Of a stretch of 32,000 bases of DNA, positions 18,069-28,186 are shown piece after piece. The stretch comes from Promethearchaeota archaeon (GTDB taxonomy: Archaea; Asgardarchaeota; Lokiarchaeia; Sigyniarchaeales; SOKP01). The stretch spans positions 150,001-182,000 of the forward strand of contig JAUWGH010000005.1 in the NCBI GenBank assembly GCA_030606485.1, written 5' to 3'. Each line of letters begins with the position of its first letter. Within the stretch, counting starts at the first letter, position 1. Made by a program: the position numbers and the translations under genes. The notes below the pieces were generated by a model. The model had not been told where the DNA came from, ran no database searches, and saw only the letters and a program-made list of their open reading frames with translations.

Positions 18069-18875
18069 TTACCGAAGCTGCTCATAATTATTAGCTATAA
18101 CAATCAATAATAGCGCTAATAAGATTATAAATGGAGGAATTAATGCTTGAGTCATAGAAGAGAGTGTTGTAAATTGAAGTGCTCCTTGAAGAATCCTTCC
18201 TGTGTAATATATAAGAAAACCTATAGAATTAAGTAAATAAGAACGTCGCAAAACCCCAAATGTCCTGATAGCAAGATATAGAAATAAAAATGGAATTACA
18301 AAAGTAAAAATCGGTGATAATATTAAAGTAAAAATGAATCTTCCCATCGGATATTGCCATGATCCAATTGTAAAAAAAACGGAATCAACAGTTAGTCCAT
18401 ATTCAGTAATAGTATCTTGGGTTAAAAAATATCCTTCAGGTAAGATTAAAGCTATAATACCTATAATTATTGGCCCAATAACTAATAGAGTTTTTAAAAT
18501 TAATGATTTTTTATCCTTTTCAGTAAATAATAAAATTCCTAAAATTCCCATTAAACAACTTATACCGAGCCAAGAAAAAAACGTTGCTAATTTCCATAGC
18601 AAACCTGGTAGATATGCTAGCGAACGATTTATTGTCCCGTCTATAAAATCTTTGAATTGTAGTAAAAAAAAATCATTAAAAATGAAAAATACTCTTGCAA
18701 AAGCAAAACATAAAAATAACAATGAAAAGAATAGCCAATATTCCTTCTTTGTTAATCTAAATCGCATAAGTAAAAAAAATGCAAATAATAAAAAATAATA
18801 TCCGATAATGACAAAATAAAGGCCCGACTCCAGAGATTGTTCGAAGTTTAAGATATTATTATCTTGAAAAATCAT
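18069..18875 (-). CDS. Seven-TM integral membrane protein, function unknown
   Basis: Seven hydrophobic segments by eye; no soluble catalytic domain. Confidence 0.75.
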   Translation of the reverse strand: MIFQDNNILNFEQSLESGLYFVIIGYYFLLFAFFLLMRFRLTKKEYWLFFSLLFLCFAFARVFFIFNDFFLLQFKDFIDGTINRSLAYLPGLLWKLATFFSWLGISCLMGILGILLFTEKDKKSLILKTLLVIGPIIIGIIALILPEGYFLTQDTITEYGLTVDSVFFTIGSWQYPMGRFIFTLILSPIFTFVIPFLFLYLAIRTFGVLRRSYLLNSIGFLIYYTGRILQGALQFTTLSSMTQALIPPFIILLALLLIVIANNYEQLR

Positions 18876-19002
18876 ACTCTATTCAATTTTTTGTTTTTTA
18901 ATTTTAATATTGTTATAAAAAAACTAATTATTTAATTATTTATCTTTATTGTTATTTTATTATTATTTTGTTATTAATCTTAATGGTTGATTTAGAGAAA
19001 TT

Positions 19003-20499
19003 ATGAAAATTGAGGATAATATAGACACATTTAATTCTCTAGTAAAGAGGAGAGGTTTCATATGGGGCCCATCACCGGAAATATATGGTGGTTTTGCTGG
19101 TTTTTATACATATGGACCCGCTGGTTCGGCGTTAAAAAATAAAATTCTCTCTTTATTTAGGAAAGAACTCTCATATTTTGGATTTTTAGAAGTTGAATGT
19201 CCAACAATCATGCCTGAGATTGTCTGGGAAGCTTCTGGGCATCTGGAGAGATTTATTGATTATATAACTCGATGCACAGAATGTAAATTATTATATAGAG
19301 CAGATAAAATTCTAAAAGAATTATTACCAGATGTGATGATTGATGGGTTATCTAAGGAAGAATTAAATAAACTTATCAAAACTAAAAATCTTAAGTGCCC
19401 CAATTGTGAAAGTTTGCTTGGAGAAATTGAAGAATATAACTTAATGTTAAAGACTAACGTGGGAGATAATAATGTTGCATATTTACGCCCAGAAACTGCA
19501 ACCAGTACATACTTATTATTTAATCGATTAGATAATTATGCACGAAAACAATATCCAATCAAAGTCTTTCAATATGGTAAAGCTCATAGGAATGAAATAT
19601 CCCCAAGGCAAGGAGTTATCCGGATGAGAGCATTTGATCAATTGGAATTACAACTATTCATAGGAAAGGAACAAGAAATGACGCTTGAGGAGTATTTTGA
19701 TGTAAAAAGTGAAAAACTTCCCTTCTTAGATTGGAAAACTCAAATAAAAAATATTAACAAGCCAAATATTATTTCTCTTGAAGAAGCCATAAATTCTGGA
19801 GTTATACAAAAACCAGCTTTTGCATATTGTCTCTATATTTCATATTTCTTGACTAAAAGGTTTGGATATAAAGATGAGCTTATACGTTTAAGGCAACATT
19901 CACCTGCAGAAAGAGCTCATTATGCAGATGATGCATGGGATTTGGAGATAGAAACAAGACAGTATGGTTGGATTGAAATCTGTGGAATTCATGATCGAAC
20001 AGATTACGATTTAAGACGGCATCAAGAATTTTCAAAACAAAATTTCGAAATCTCTATGGATACAAGATCGAATAAAAAAGAGATACCTCAAATACTCGAG
20101 ATCGCTTTTGGAATAGATCGTATATTGTATACTCTTTTAGAAAGTTGCTTTGATGTTAAGGAGGAAAGAATAAATTTAAAGCTAAAACCATTTCTTGCAC
20201 CTTATTCCGTTGCAGTTTTTCCTTTAATTAAAAATAAAAAAGAAATTAGGGATTTGGCAAAAGAAGTTCAAAAAAAATTATTGAATAATAGGATTGCTTC
20301 TTTCTATGATGAAGCTGGCTCAATTGGAAAGCGATATAGACGTCAAGACGAATTAGGAACTCCGTTTTGCATTACAATAGATTATGAATCTTTAGAAGAT
20401 CAATCAGTTACAATAAGATATAGAGATTCTATGGAACAAGAAAGAATAAAAATTGATAAGATTACGGATATAATCTCGAAAAAATTAATCTCAATTTAA
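19003..20499 (+). CDS. glyS: Glycine--tRNA ligase (homodimeric archaeal/eukaryotic type)
   Basis: RRGF...EIYGGFAGFYTYGP, WEASGH, YLRPETA, FQYGKAHRNEISPRQGVIRMRAFDQLE, AHYA, EIAFGIDR, and anticodon domain GSIGKRYRRQDELGTPFCITID. Confidence 0.96.
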   Translation: MKIEDNIDTFNSLVKRRGFIWGPSPEIYGGFAGFYTYGPAGSALKNKILSLFRKELSYFGFLEVECPTIMPEIVWEASGHLERFIDYITRCTECKLLYRADKILKELLPDVMIDGLSKEELNKLIKTKNLKCPNCESLLGEIEEYNLMLKTNVGDNNVAYLRPETATSTYLLFNRLDNYARKQYPIKVFQYGKAHRNEISPRQGVIRMRAFDQLELQLFIGKEQEMTLEEYFDVKSEKLPFLDWKTQIKNINKPNIISLEEAINSGVIQKPAFAYCLYISYFLTKRFGYKDELIRLRQHSPAERAHYADDAWDLEIETRQYGWIEICGIHDRTDYDLRRHQEFSKQNFEISMDTRSNKKEIPQILEIAFGIDRILYTLLESCFDVKEERINLKLKPFLAPYSVAVFPLIKNKKEIRDLAKEVQKKLLNNRIASFYDEAGSIGKRYRRQDELGTPFCITIDYESLEDQSVTIRYRDSMEQERIKIDKITDIISKKLISI

Positions 20500-20693
20500 T
20501 CTCAATCTTAAAGTTTCTCCCATTCTTAATTATTCCAAATTTTCTAAACAAAAATATGGGAAGCCAAAATTAATTCAAAAAAAAATTTAAATGAAGCAAC
20601 TTTTTAAAAATAAAAAGTTATAGTAAGAAAAGACCTCTAGGAATTAGGTTAAATCGGAATTTTTCAAAATTAAACATATTTTAAAACGAATAG

Positions 20694-23447
20694 ATGTATT
20701 TTATGATAAAAAAATTATCAAGATGCAATAAATGTCAACATAAAGTACTAATTATTCTTTTTATCAGTTTTTTCGTGTTTAATTTGTTTTATTACAATAA
20801 TTTTTCATTTAATCAAAAAGATAATTCAAGTTCTAATTTTCAAAATAAAGATAATCTCAATAATATATTTGATCCCTATTTTAATGAAAATTCACTTAAT
20901 CCCAAACTCTCAACAATTCCATTATTAGAAAATCCTTTTTTGAATCACTTAGATAATACTACTCAATTTTTTCTCGAGAATTTATACCAAAATGAATCTG
21001 TTTCATCAATTATGAATGGAACTTTTTTTCACAGTAGTAATAAAACAGGTGATACATTAGTAGATAACAGGATTTACTCATTAGATAACATTTTATATTC
21101 TTGGGGTTTCGGTTATGAAAATGATTCTTCTGATAATATCGATAGAATTAAAGAATTAAAAAAAAAGCCTTTGTGGTTATCTGAAAATGTCTCCGAATAC
21201 AACTATGGATTTATTCAATCTACTGATAGTAATGGTGGAGGAATTAATACAACTCGATATTTAATTGATAACGTTGCTGTATTATTGCCTTTAATAGAAA
21301 ATTATTATCAGGAATCTCCGGGAGAGAAGAGAGATGATGCAAAAGAGGTTCTGGAAACCCAATTTGAATTACTAAACACATCACAATTTTGGGATGATAC
21401 TGATACTAATGGAGGTTTTGTTCATTATAATAATAGTGATGTAAAATATGCTCATGAGAATTTTTTAGCTGTATTAGCAAATATCTTGTGGCATAGATAT
21501 GCTGATGAAAATCTTTCATATGGGGAAGAATGTTTAGATTTTGCAAGCTATACAATCTCAAATTTGAGCAGCTCCGAAATGTGGGATAATACTTTTAAAG
21601 GATTTTATTATGAAGCTGACCGAAACTGGAACCGTATTGGAGATAATTACAAATATTTAAAAACAAATGCATTGGGAATAATTGCTCTTACAGAATATTA
21701 TATAGAAACTGATAATGATACTGCAATTCATATGGCAGAAACAATATATCAAAATATTAAAGCAAATCTGTATAATGTTACTTATGGTGGATACGCTAAA
21801 TCTGGTCAGAATACCTGGACTCCTTACAATTATAGTTTAATGTTAGAAGATAATGCTTGGTACCTGATGGCGCTTACAAGGCTTTTTAAAGCAACAAGTA
21901 AAGAAGAATATTATGAAGATGCAATTGACCTATTTCAATTTTTTGAGACTTATATGTATGATAATGAAAATGGTGGATATATTTACTCCATCGGTCCCCC
22001 CAACAATATTACGGATAAGAATATTTTCGCAAATAACTTATTGATAAGAGCTTATCATGAAATGTCTGAAATTTTTCATAATACAGAACTAAAAGGAGAT
22101 TTAAACGATACTCTCTTAATTAAAGGCGAAGAAACTTTAAACTTAACCTGTAATTATAGAATATATAAAGAATATGTATTTGAGAATTCACAAACCTCAT
22201 TTACATTAATCAATAATACAGAGAATGCTAATATTACGTTCATAATAAGGTATCCAGATGATACCATATTAGAAATAATTAAACCTAATAATACAGATAG
22301 TTCTGGAAGCCAATCAATTATCTTTAAAGTTAATGATGATTTATCTGATGGCACATATTCTATATCTGTTTATGCAAATAAATCATACAGAGCAACGGCC
22401 TTTAATACTTTTTATTTTAATGTAATATCCGGGTTATCATTTAAATCAGATGAAATTGAAGGTCTTGACCATGGTATTTATCGAGGAGATACACTTGAAA
22501 TAAATCTTACAGTATCAAGTACAAGAAATAATAATGATTTCCTGAATCTTTATAGTGACAGTGATTCTTTTTCTGTTGATGACAAAAATATCATAATAAA
22601 TGGACAAACCGATACTAAATTTCCTATAAACATTACAGCGAATTCTAATGCCAATTTAGGAAACCAAACAATCAATTTCTACATAAAAAACGGAACAAAA
22701 ACATATTTAACATTCGATTTTACAATTTTTATCAACCAATCAATTGAAGTTTTATTAATATCCCATAAGTATGAAGTATTTGAAAATGACACATTACCGA
22801 TCTCAATGTCTTTTATAAATTACTTATCTGATATAGAACAAAGCGTTAAAGTTGAATTCTTTGGTTTATATATTGAAAATATTGATGAAAATGTTGATAT
22901 TGCTGCCAATACGATAAGCTCTAAGACCTTTTATGTCCAAGTTAATAATACTATTCATACTAATTCAATAATAATTAATATTAATGTCTCACGAGCTGGA
23001 GAATCTATTTATTTCAGTGAAAAGGAGATCTCTGTTATACAACCAATAGAAATAAAAAGTATATCTTTTCCATCTAGTGTATATCAAGGTCAACGAGCAT
23101 TTTTGATTATAAAAATTATTAATAATAGAGAAGTACCATTGAACTTTACTCTTTATATTAATAATATCCCATTTCCTACAAATTTAGATCAAATAGGATA
23201 TGGTGAAAATGAAATAATTGTTGATTTTACTCCATCCATAAATCCCTTCGATTTTGAAACTAAGGAGTATGTAATAAGTATAAAAGATGATTCTGGAAAA
23301 GTTCTAATTATAGAAACTTTCCAAACTGAAATAAGGCTCTCTGTTTTAAATTTTATGTTATTCTATTTGATTCCTATCTTGTTGCCTGTTTTAATCATTA
23401 TATATTATAAAAATAAAGAGATAAAAAGCAGAGAATTAGAAAAATAA
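20694..23447 (+). CDS. Large membrane-anchored surface glycoprotein: (alpha/alpha)6 six-hairpin glycosidase-like barrel, beta-sandwich stalk and C-terminal TM
   Basis: N-terminal hydrophobic segment. Six repeats of G(F/Y)...(K/R)YxxxN-helix, including EDNAWYLMALTRL...DNENGGY. Beta-rich C-terminal half with many NxS/T sequons, and terminal TM FMLFYLIPILLPVLIIIYY followed by KNK. Confidence 0.75.
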   Translation: MYFMIKKLSRCNKCQHKVLIILFISFFVFNLFYYNNFSFNQKDNSSSNFQNKDNLNNIFDPYFNENSLNPKLSTIPLLENPFLNHLDNTTQFFLENLYQNESVSSIMNGTFFHSSNKTGDTLVDNRIYSLDNILYSWGFGYENDSSDNIDRIKELKKKPLWLSENVSEYNYGFIQSTDSNGGGINTTRYLIDNVAVLLPLIENYYQESPGEKRDDAKEVLETQFELLNTSQFWDDTDTNGGFVHYNNSDVKYAHENFLAVLANILWHRYADENLSYGEECLDFASYTISNLSSSEMWDNTFKGFYYEADRNWNRIGDNYKYLKTNALGIIALTEYYIETDNDTAIHMAETIYQNIKANLYNVTYGGYAKSGQNTWTPYNYSLMLEDNAWYLMALTRLFKATSKEEYYEDAIDLFQFFETYMYDNENGGYIYSIGPPNNITDKNIFANNLLIRAYHEMSEIFHNTELKGDLNDTLLIKGEETLNLTCNYRIYKEYVFENSQTSFTLINNTENANITFIIRYPDDTILEIIKPNNTDSSGSQSIIFKVNDDLSDGTYSISVYANKSYRATAFNTFYFNVISGLSFKSDEIEGLDHGIYRGDTLEINLTVSSTRNNNDFLNLYSDSDSFSVDDKNIIINGQTDTKFPINITANSNANLGNQTINFYIKNGTKTYLTFDFTIFINQSIEVLLISHKYEVFENDTLPISMSFINYLSDIEQSVKVEFFGLYIENIDENVDIAANTISSKTFYVQVNNTIHTNSIIININVSRAGESIYFSEKEISVIQPIEIKSISFPSSVYQGQRAFLIIKIINNREVPLNFTLYINNIPFPTNLDQIGYGENEIIVDFTPSINPFDFETKEYVISIKDDSGKVLIIETFQTEIRLSVLNFMLFYLIPILLPVLIIIYYKNKEIKSRELEK

Positions 23448-23457
23448 GGTCACTAAT

Positions 23458-25206
23458 ATGAATTTGAATAAAAAATCTATTTTATTTATTTCACTACTTT
23501 TTAGTTCGTTATTAATTTCCAATTTTACAAATATTATTAGTAAAGAAATCCTAAAAGAAGAGAACCCAAATTATTTTTTATTAAAAAATCTTAGAACATC
23601 CCAAGTACATCCAATCGCATATGAAGATATTTTACGTAATACAACAGAGATTAAAAGATTTTACGACACAATCAATATAACCTTAAAAAATCTTGATGAT
23701 TTTTATAACGCAACCAAACTTGATGTTTATATTAACGTTTCCTTTACGAATGGTACATTAGTAAATTATTCAATGATTATTGTCGAAGATTTAAATATTT
23801 CATATTGGCTTTTTACTCCTGCTATTGATAGTATTTTGGAGATTCAATATGTAAATTTTTCTATATTTAATAAAACAGACCAAACTTTAATGAACACTCA
23901 AACTACACAAACAAATTTCACTATTTTAAATAATTTAGCTGAATGTGCTGCATATTTAAGCACCACAAAAATATATCGAAATCAATTTTTAAATGTAGAT
24001 ATATCACCTTGGGATGTTGAAGATCGAACTATTGATTTAAATTGGAAAACTACAATTGTAGATCAATCCTATAATCAAATAAAATCGATCGGTTTGAATA
24101 TATCTACCTTCCAACAAAAAATCGATAGTGCTTTTAGCGTTGTCAATGCTATTTATCGAATAAAAGTGAATATCACGGATAGTGATAATCATTCAGTTCA
24201 TTATTTTCCATTTGAGGTAATTAATTCTCCACCACAAATTGTAATAAGTCCAATAAATACAATAATAATCACACCAGATGATAGAGGTGTTAAACGAAGT
24301 TCAGAATTAGTTAGAATTACTCTAAATGTTACAGATATTGAAGATAGTTCACCCTCTAATGTTGATGTAAAGTTAATAATTGAAGATACTAATGGAGTTG
24401 AAGAACAACTCGTTTTTACAAACAATGGAGATGGCTCATACGAATTAGAATTTAATATTACAGCATCAAAACCAATGGGATGGTATGACTTAACTATAAT
24501 TGCTGAAGATCAGGATGGAGGAACTGATGAGCATTCAGATTATTTAATAGTAGAAAATAATCCCCCTGAAATTTTGGGGTATTACATTAATAATATGAGT
24601 ACAGAAAATAATATTTCGATTGGATATGGACTTGATTTGGTTTTCACATTTAATATTAGTGATGTTGAAGAATTTGAAGGCTTGGGATTTGTCAAAGTTT
24701 GTTTATTGAACTCAGAAAACAAATGGTTTAATGTTTCTAATAGATATTCTGAGAACGGAAGCATAACAATTAGAACAGTCGATTTAATCGGAGGAAAATG
24801 GTTAGTATATATCTTTGTTATTGATGCTGATGGTGCAGAAATTGGACTTGATATAGGATTCGATGATGCACCGCAAGAAATTGAGATAATTCCCGATATT
24901 TCTCCGATAATTACGTGGATATATATCATCTCCGCAATCATCTTTGGATTTGGGTTTGGATATATAATTTTTTTTATATTAAATAGTCGAAAAAGAGAGG
25001 AAATATCTAAAACCATAGAAAAAGAAAAAGTTAAGAAAATTAAACCGAGTGATAAGACAAAAAAAATTGTGAAGAAAAAAGATAAAAAAATTAAAAAAAT
25101 ACCAGAAGAAGCAGAAAAGGATGAAGAACCCGCACTCAAAGAAAAATCGGAAGATGAAGAAATAAAACCAAAATCTCAATTAAAAATTAAAAGAAAAATA
25201 AGATAA
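23458..25206 (+). CDS. Surface protein with tandem Ig/cadherin-like domains, C-terminal TM and K/E-rich cytoplasmic tail
   Basis: Signal-like N-terminus; NSPPQI and NNPPEI domain starts; ITDSD, VTDIED, AEDQDGG, ISDVEE and VIDADG motifs; TM ITWIYIISAIIFGFGFGYIIFFIL; about 75-aa charged tail. Starts 10 bp after the previous gene. Confidence 0.72.
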   Translation: MNLNKKSILFISLLFSSLLISNFTNIISKEILKEENPNYFLLKNLRTSQVHPIAYEDILRNTTEIKRFYDTINITLKNLDDFYNATKLDVYINVSFTNGTLVNYSMIIVEDLNISYWLFTPAIDSILEIQYVNFSIFNKTDQTLMNTQTTQTNFTILNNLAECAAYLSTTKIYRNQFLNVDISPWDVEDRTIDLNWKTTIVDQSYNQIKSIGLNISTFQQKIDSAFSVVNAIYRIKVNITDSDNHSVHYFPFEVINSPPQIVISPINTIIITPDDRGVKRSSELVRITLNVTDIEDSSPSNVDVKLIIEDTNGVEEQLVFTNNGDGSYELEFNITASKPMGWYDLTIIAEDQDGGTDEHSDYLIVENNPPEILGYYINNMSTENNISIGYGLDLVFTFNISDVEEFEGLGFVKVCLLNSENKWFNVSNRYSENGSITIRTVDLIGGKWLVYIFVIDADGAEIGLDIGFDDAPQEIEIIPDISPIITWIYIISAIIFGFGFGYIIFFILNSRKREEISKTIEKEKVKKIKPSDKTKKIVKKKDKKIKKIPEEAEKDEEPALKEKSEDEEIKPKSQLKIKRKIR

Positions 25207-25246
25207 AAAAATGTAAAAAAAAAACCATTAATATTTTTGTTCTTTA

Positions 25247-26161
25247 TCAACTTAAAACTTCTAATAATTTATAATAAAATTTACCTAATTTTCCACCATA
25301 ATTGCCAGCTGAGATTCTTTTAATTCCTGATACTTGACAAGCTGCCTTTATCCCAACTTTCATTGCTTGCTTAATAGCTTCTTCTGTAATTCCATCAATA
25401 ATTACTTCATATACACAATTTTCTCCTTCCTTTAATTCTGAATCATCAATTTTATCCTTTAAGGTGGGACATAACGGATGATTTGTAGACGCACCTAAGA
25501 AACTATATTTAGAACCAACCTTAGATCCAGAACGAGCTATTCCTCCAGGAAAAGGACATATTACTAAATCAACATTCTTAATTACTTCAATCGCTCTTTC
25601 TGCAGCTTCTAATGTAGAATTTTGATCAATCCCATGAATTAAAAAATTACCACCAGCGATTCCTTTTCCACCTTTAAACATCTCTTGAACAATAAAAAAT
25701 CCGTCCATTACAGGAATTTTATATGCAACAAAATTATAGGTTGTTTCATCTTTCTCTTCAAACTTATCACCAAAAAATTTCAATTTAAATCCTGTCTTTA
25801 CTTCTACCATTTTCGCATTTGGATCATATTCTTTTGGAAATGCATCAAAACAGGCTGTTGTTGGGCAAGTTAAAACACATTGTCCAATCCGATCTAATAA
25901 TAAAGAATCAATATTTGCTTTTCCTTTAACAAAAAAGAGAAGTATTACACCTGGTCGGCCATCTGGAGTATCGTTCTCAGATACATATTTTTCAATTCCA
26001 GCTTCAGCCGGACAATGTATCGTTGATGTTGCAAAACCAGTCGTTACCTGAGCACATATGTCCAGCCATTTCTTATTTTTAGCAGTTACCAAAATGCGAC
26101 AAAACCAACCGGGAAATGCTTCACAGTATGTATCATCAATCAAAACGCCATTAATTTCCAT
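25247..26161 (-). CDS. ftr: Formylmethanofuran--tetrahydromethanopterin N-formyltransferase
   Basis: NGVLIDDTYCEAF, TGFATSTIHCPAEAGIE, TPDGRPG, RIGQCVLTCPTTACF, GIAGGNF, FPGGIARSGSKVGSKY, ASTNHPLCPTL, VYEVIIDG and ISAGNYGGKLG. Confidence 0.97.
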   Translation of the reverse strand: MEINGVLIDDTYCEAFPGWFCRILVTAKNKKWLDICAQVTTGFATSTIHCPAEAGIEKYVSENDTPDGRPGVILLFFVKGKANIDSLLLDRIGQCVLTCPTTACFDAFPKEYDPNAKMVEVKTGFKLKFFGDKFEEKDETTYNFVAYKIPVMDGFFIVQEMFKGGKGIAGGNFLIHGIDQNSTLEAAERAIEVIKNVDLVICPFPGGIARSGSKVGSKYSFLGASTNHPLCPTLKDKIDDSELKEGENCVYEVIIDGITEEAIKQAMKVGIKAACQVSGIKRISAGNYGGKLGKFYYKLLEVLS

Positions 26162-26442
26162 ATTTTACACCAATTTATTTTTTATTTGTTATTCTTTTTT
26201 TGAAGTTAAAATTATTGTAGTTTTTTTAGTTGTAATAATAATTAGGAACTTAATTATATTTAATTTTTATTGGCTAGTTTCTATAACTAAAAATATTTGC
26301 TACTCAAATTATTAAAAAAAGAAAATAAATTTTATGATTAATTTTATGTGAGCATAGAAGTAGATTGTCCAAAATCTTAATCATAACTTTAAAAAAAGGA
26401 AAAAAAAGATTATTTTTTCTATTCAAGCAATTGATAATCAGC

Positions 26443-26646
26443 CTAAAGCATTTCAATCGCGATTTTCATATCGTTCTTAGTTATCTTTTTTCGTCCACTA
26501 TGTTTGCTGATGTCGATAGCGCATGCAGTTAATGCTTTAGCTCTTTCTTCTAGATAGTCCATTAATCTATCAACTGCATTCCTGCTAACAATTTCTGCGC
26601 CAGCTTTTTTCATCAAAGAACGTAGTGGAGACCAGGCAAATGCCAT
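26443..26646 (-). CDS. Archaeal histone (HMf-type histone fold, no tail)
   Basis: 67 aa colinear with HMfB: P7, K13, AGAE.VS, LEE, A43, H49, GRK, D59. GGAGGT SD at 26660-26655. Confidence 0.95.
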   Translation of the reverse strand: MAFAWSPLRSLMKKAGAEIVSRNAVDRLMDYLEERAKALTACAIDISKHSGRKKITKNDMKIAIEML

Positions 26647-26745
26647 ATCTTATTACCTCCGCTTATAATTTTTGTATTAAGTTTGTTTTTTTTAATCAAT
26701 TTATGATGAAATTAAATCATCTATAAAATATTATTGATTATCTAC

Positions 26746-26753
26746 TATATAAA
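26746..26753 (-). promoter_or_regulatory. Candidate TATA box (TTTATATA) for the histone gene
   Basis: Consensus match on the minus strand about 100 bp upstream of the ATG. An alternative TTTTATAG lies at 26728-26721. Confidence 0.35.
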
Positions 26754-27125
26754 GATTATGGAAAAAAAGGAGTGTTTATTGGAGAAATTGGTTGAGTAAA
26801 ATTATACAAATATGATCTATAATTTTTGTCGGAAATTATTAATATTGGTTCTAGAGTAGATCATGGATTCTGTAAATTATTTGTATCCTAAAATTAAGAT
26901 TCATTATTTATAACAAGAAAGAGAATTGGATAGATGATATTTACCGAATATTGGCTCAATAAATTGATTGAATCCGACCTATAAAAATTCTTCAAATTTC
27001 ATTCTATGATGATTTTTCTAACAATATATTGAATTTATTCTTAGTTAATTATTATTTTATTAGCAATACATCCTTATCCAATCAATTTTAACCGATATTA
27101 TTTTAATTTGAAGTACATTTGTCGG

Positions 27126-27734
27126 TTAAATTTCATTATTACTTTTTATCTTATTTAAACAATTATAACAATAAAGAGGTACAGATTCATATTCAGTTCC
27201 ACAATGGGGACATTTAGTTTTATTAGATCTAGCAAGTGCCTCAAGTCTAATCTCGTGATTTTCGCTTTTTTGAAATATTTTATAAATTTTTTCAATAAAA
27301 AATGCCGAGATAAAAGAAAAAAGACTAATATATATCAACAGAAAAATAATATGAATGAAAATTTGGGGAAAAAATGAAGTAAAATAATTTGGAGAATGGC
27401 GAAATCCGAATATTAATAAAAAAAAACTAATGAAGAAAATTAATATAGTAGTATTGGTAAGAGTCTTTTTAGGATTTGCCAAAATTAAAGATGCGAATAG
27501 GGCTCCTAATGTCCAAGCTAAATAGATATTAATTAATGCTTGATTAAATTGAATGGGAATTTCAGCCAAAAAATATGATGCAAGTATTTCTATAATTAGT
27601 TTTTGCTCATCTAAAATGATTGAATCAAGTGGTAAGCTGATTCTTCCATTTAAAGAGAAAATTAGAATTGATATTATAATTATCATTAAAAAAATAATGA
27701 TAAATCTACTTTTTAAAAACTTAAATTTATTCAT
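27126..27734 (-). CDS. Membrane protein (about 4 TM) with a C-terminal zinc ribbon
   Basis: Hydrophobic segments followed by CPHCG...CYNC. Confidence 0.75.
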   Translation of the reverse strand: MNKFKFLKSRFIIIFLMIIIISILIFSLNGRISLPLDSIILDEQKLIIEILASYFLAEIPIQFNQALINIYLAWTLGALFASLILANPKKTLTNTTILIFFISFFLLIFGFRHSPNYFTSFFPQIFIHIIFLLIYISLFSFISAFFIEKIYKIFQKSENHEIRLEALARSNKTKCPHCGTEYESVPLYCYNCLNKIKSNNEI

Positions 27735-27838
27735 CGTTCTAATATCTAGAAATGTTTTTATATATTAAAAATGGTTATTTGTTTGAATTTATTCACGGAA
27801 TAAAAGATAAGATCTAAAATTAAAAAAAATTTTAAGAG

Positions 27839-28186
27839 TTGTTAAAAAATTTGATTCTGGTTCAATGGTCATGTGAGGTGCCTCCAGAAAAGTTGGAAGA
27901 CTTCATTAAGTTTGCAAGGGAAAAATTGAAACCGCTTTATGAATCCCACTACTGTAAGCGGTATGAATTATTTATGCCCATGGAAATGAAAAAGTACTTT
28001 TCCTACCAATTTACTCAGAAAAAAAACAAATATACAGAGCAAATGGTCTTCAAAGATCTTGAAAACTTTGAAGAGTTTCTTGAAGCGAATGAAAAGGATA
28101 TTCGGATAAGGGAGATTATAGAAAAGTACATAAAAAAGTTCAATGTTTCTTCTTGCGGCTTTACAATATTAAATCAAAAAGTATAG
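27839..28186 (+). CDS. Small NIPSNAP-like/dimeric alpha-beta barrel protein
   Basis: Strand-helix-strand-strand-helix-strand pattern (CEVPPEKLEDFIKFAREKLKPLYE; YTEQMVFKDLENFEEF). TTG start. Confidence 0.6.
   Translation: MLKNLILVQWSCEVPPEKLEDFIKFAREKLKPLYESHYCKRYELFMPMEMKKYFSYQFTQKKNKYTEQMVFKDLENFEEFLEANEKDIRIREIIEKYIKKFNVSSCGFTILNQKV

Noticed and set aside
18069-18875. 7-TM protein as a rhodopsin
   Set aside because: There is no retinal-binding Lys in TM7.
20485-20506. 11-bp tandem duplication TTAATCTCAAT across the glyS stop
   Set aside because: It is a short AT-rich slippage product with no associated element or evident function.
26647-27125. 479-bp gap upstream of the histone as a hidden gene or RNA
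   Set aside because: Only ORFs of 15 codons or fewer and trivial hairpins were found; it reads as AT-rich promoter/terminator DNA.
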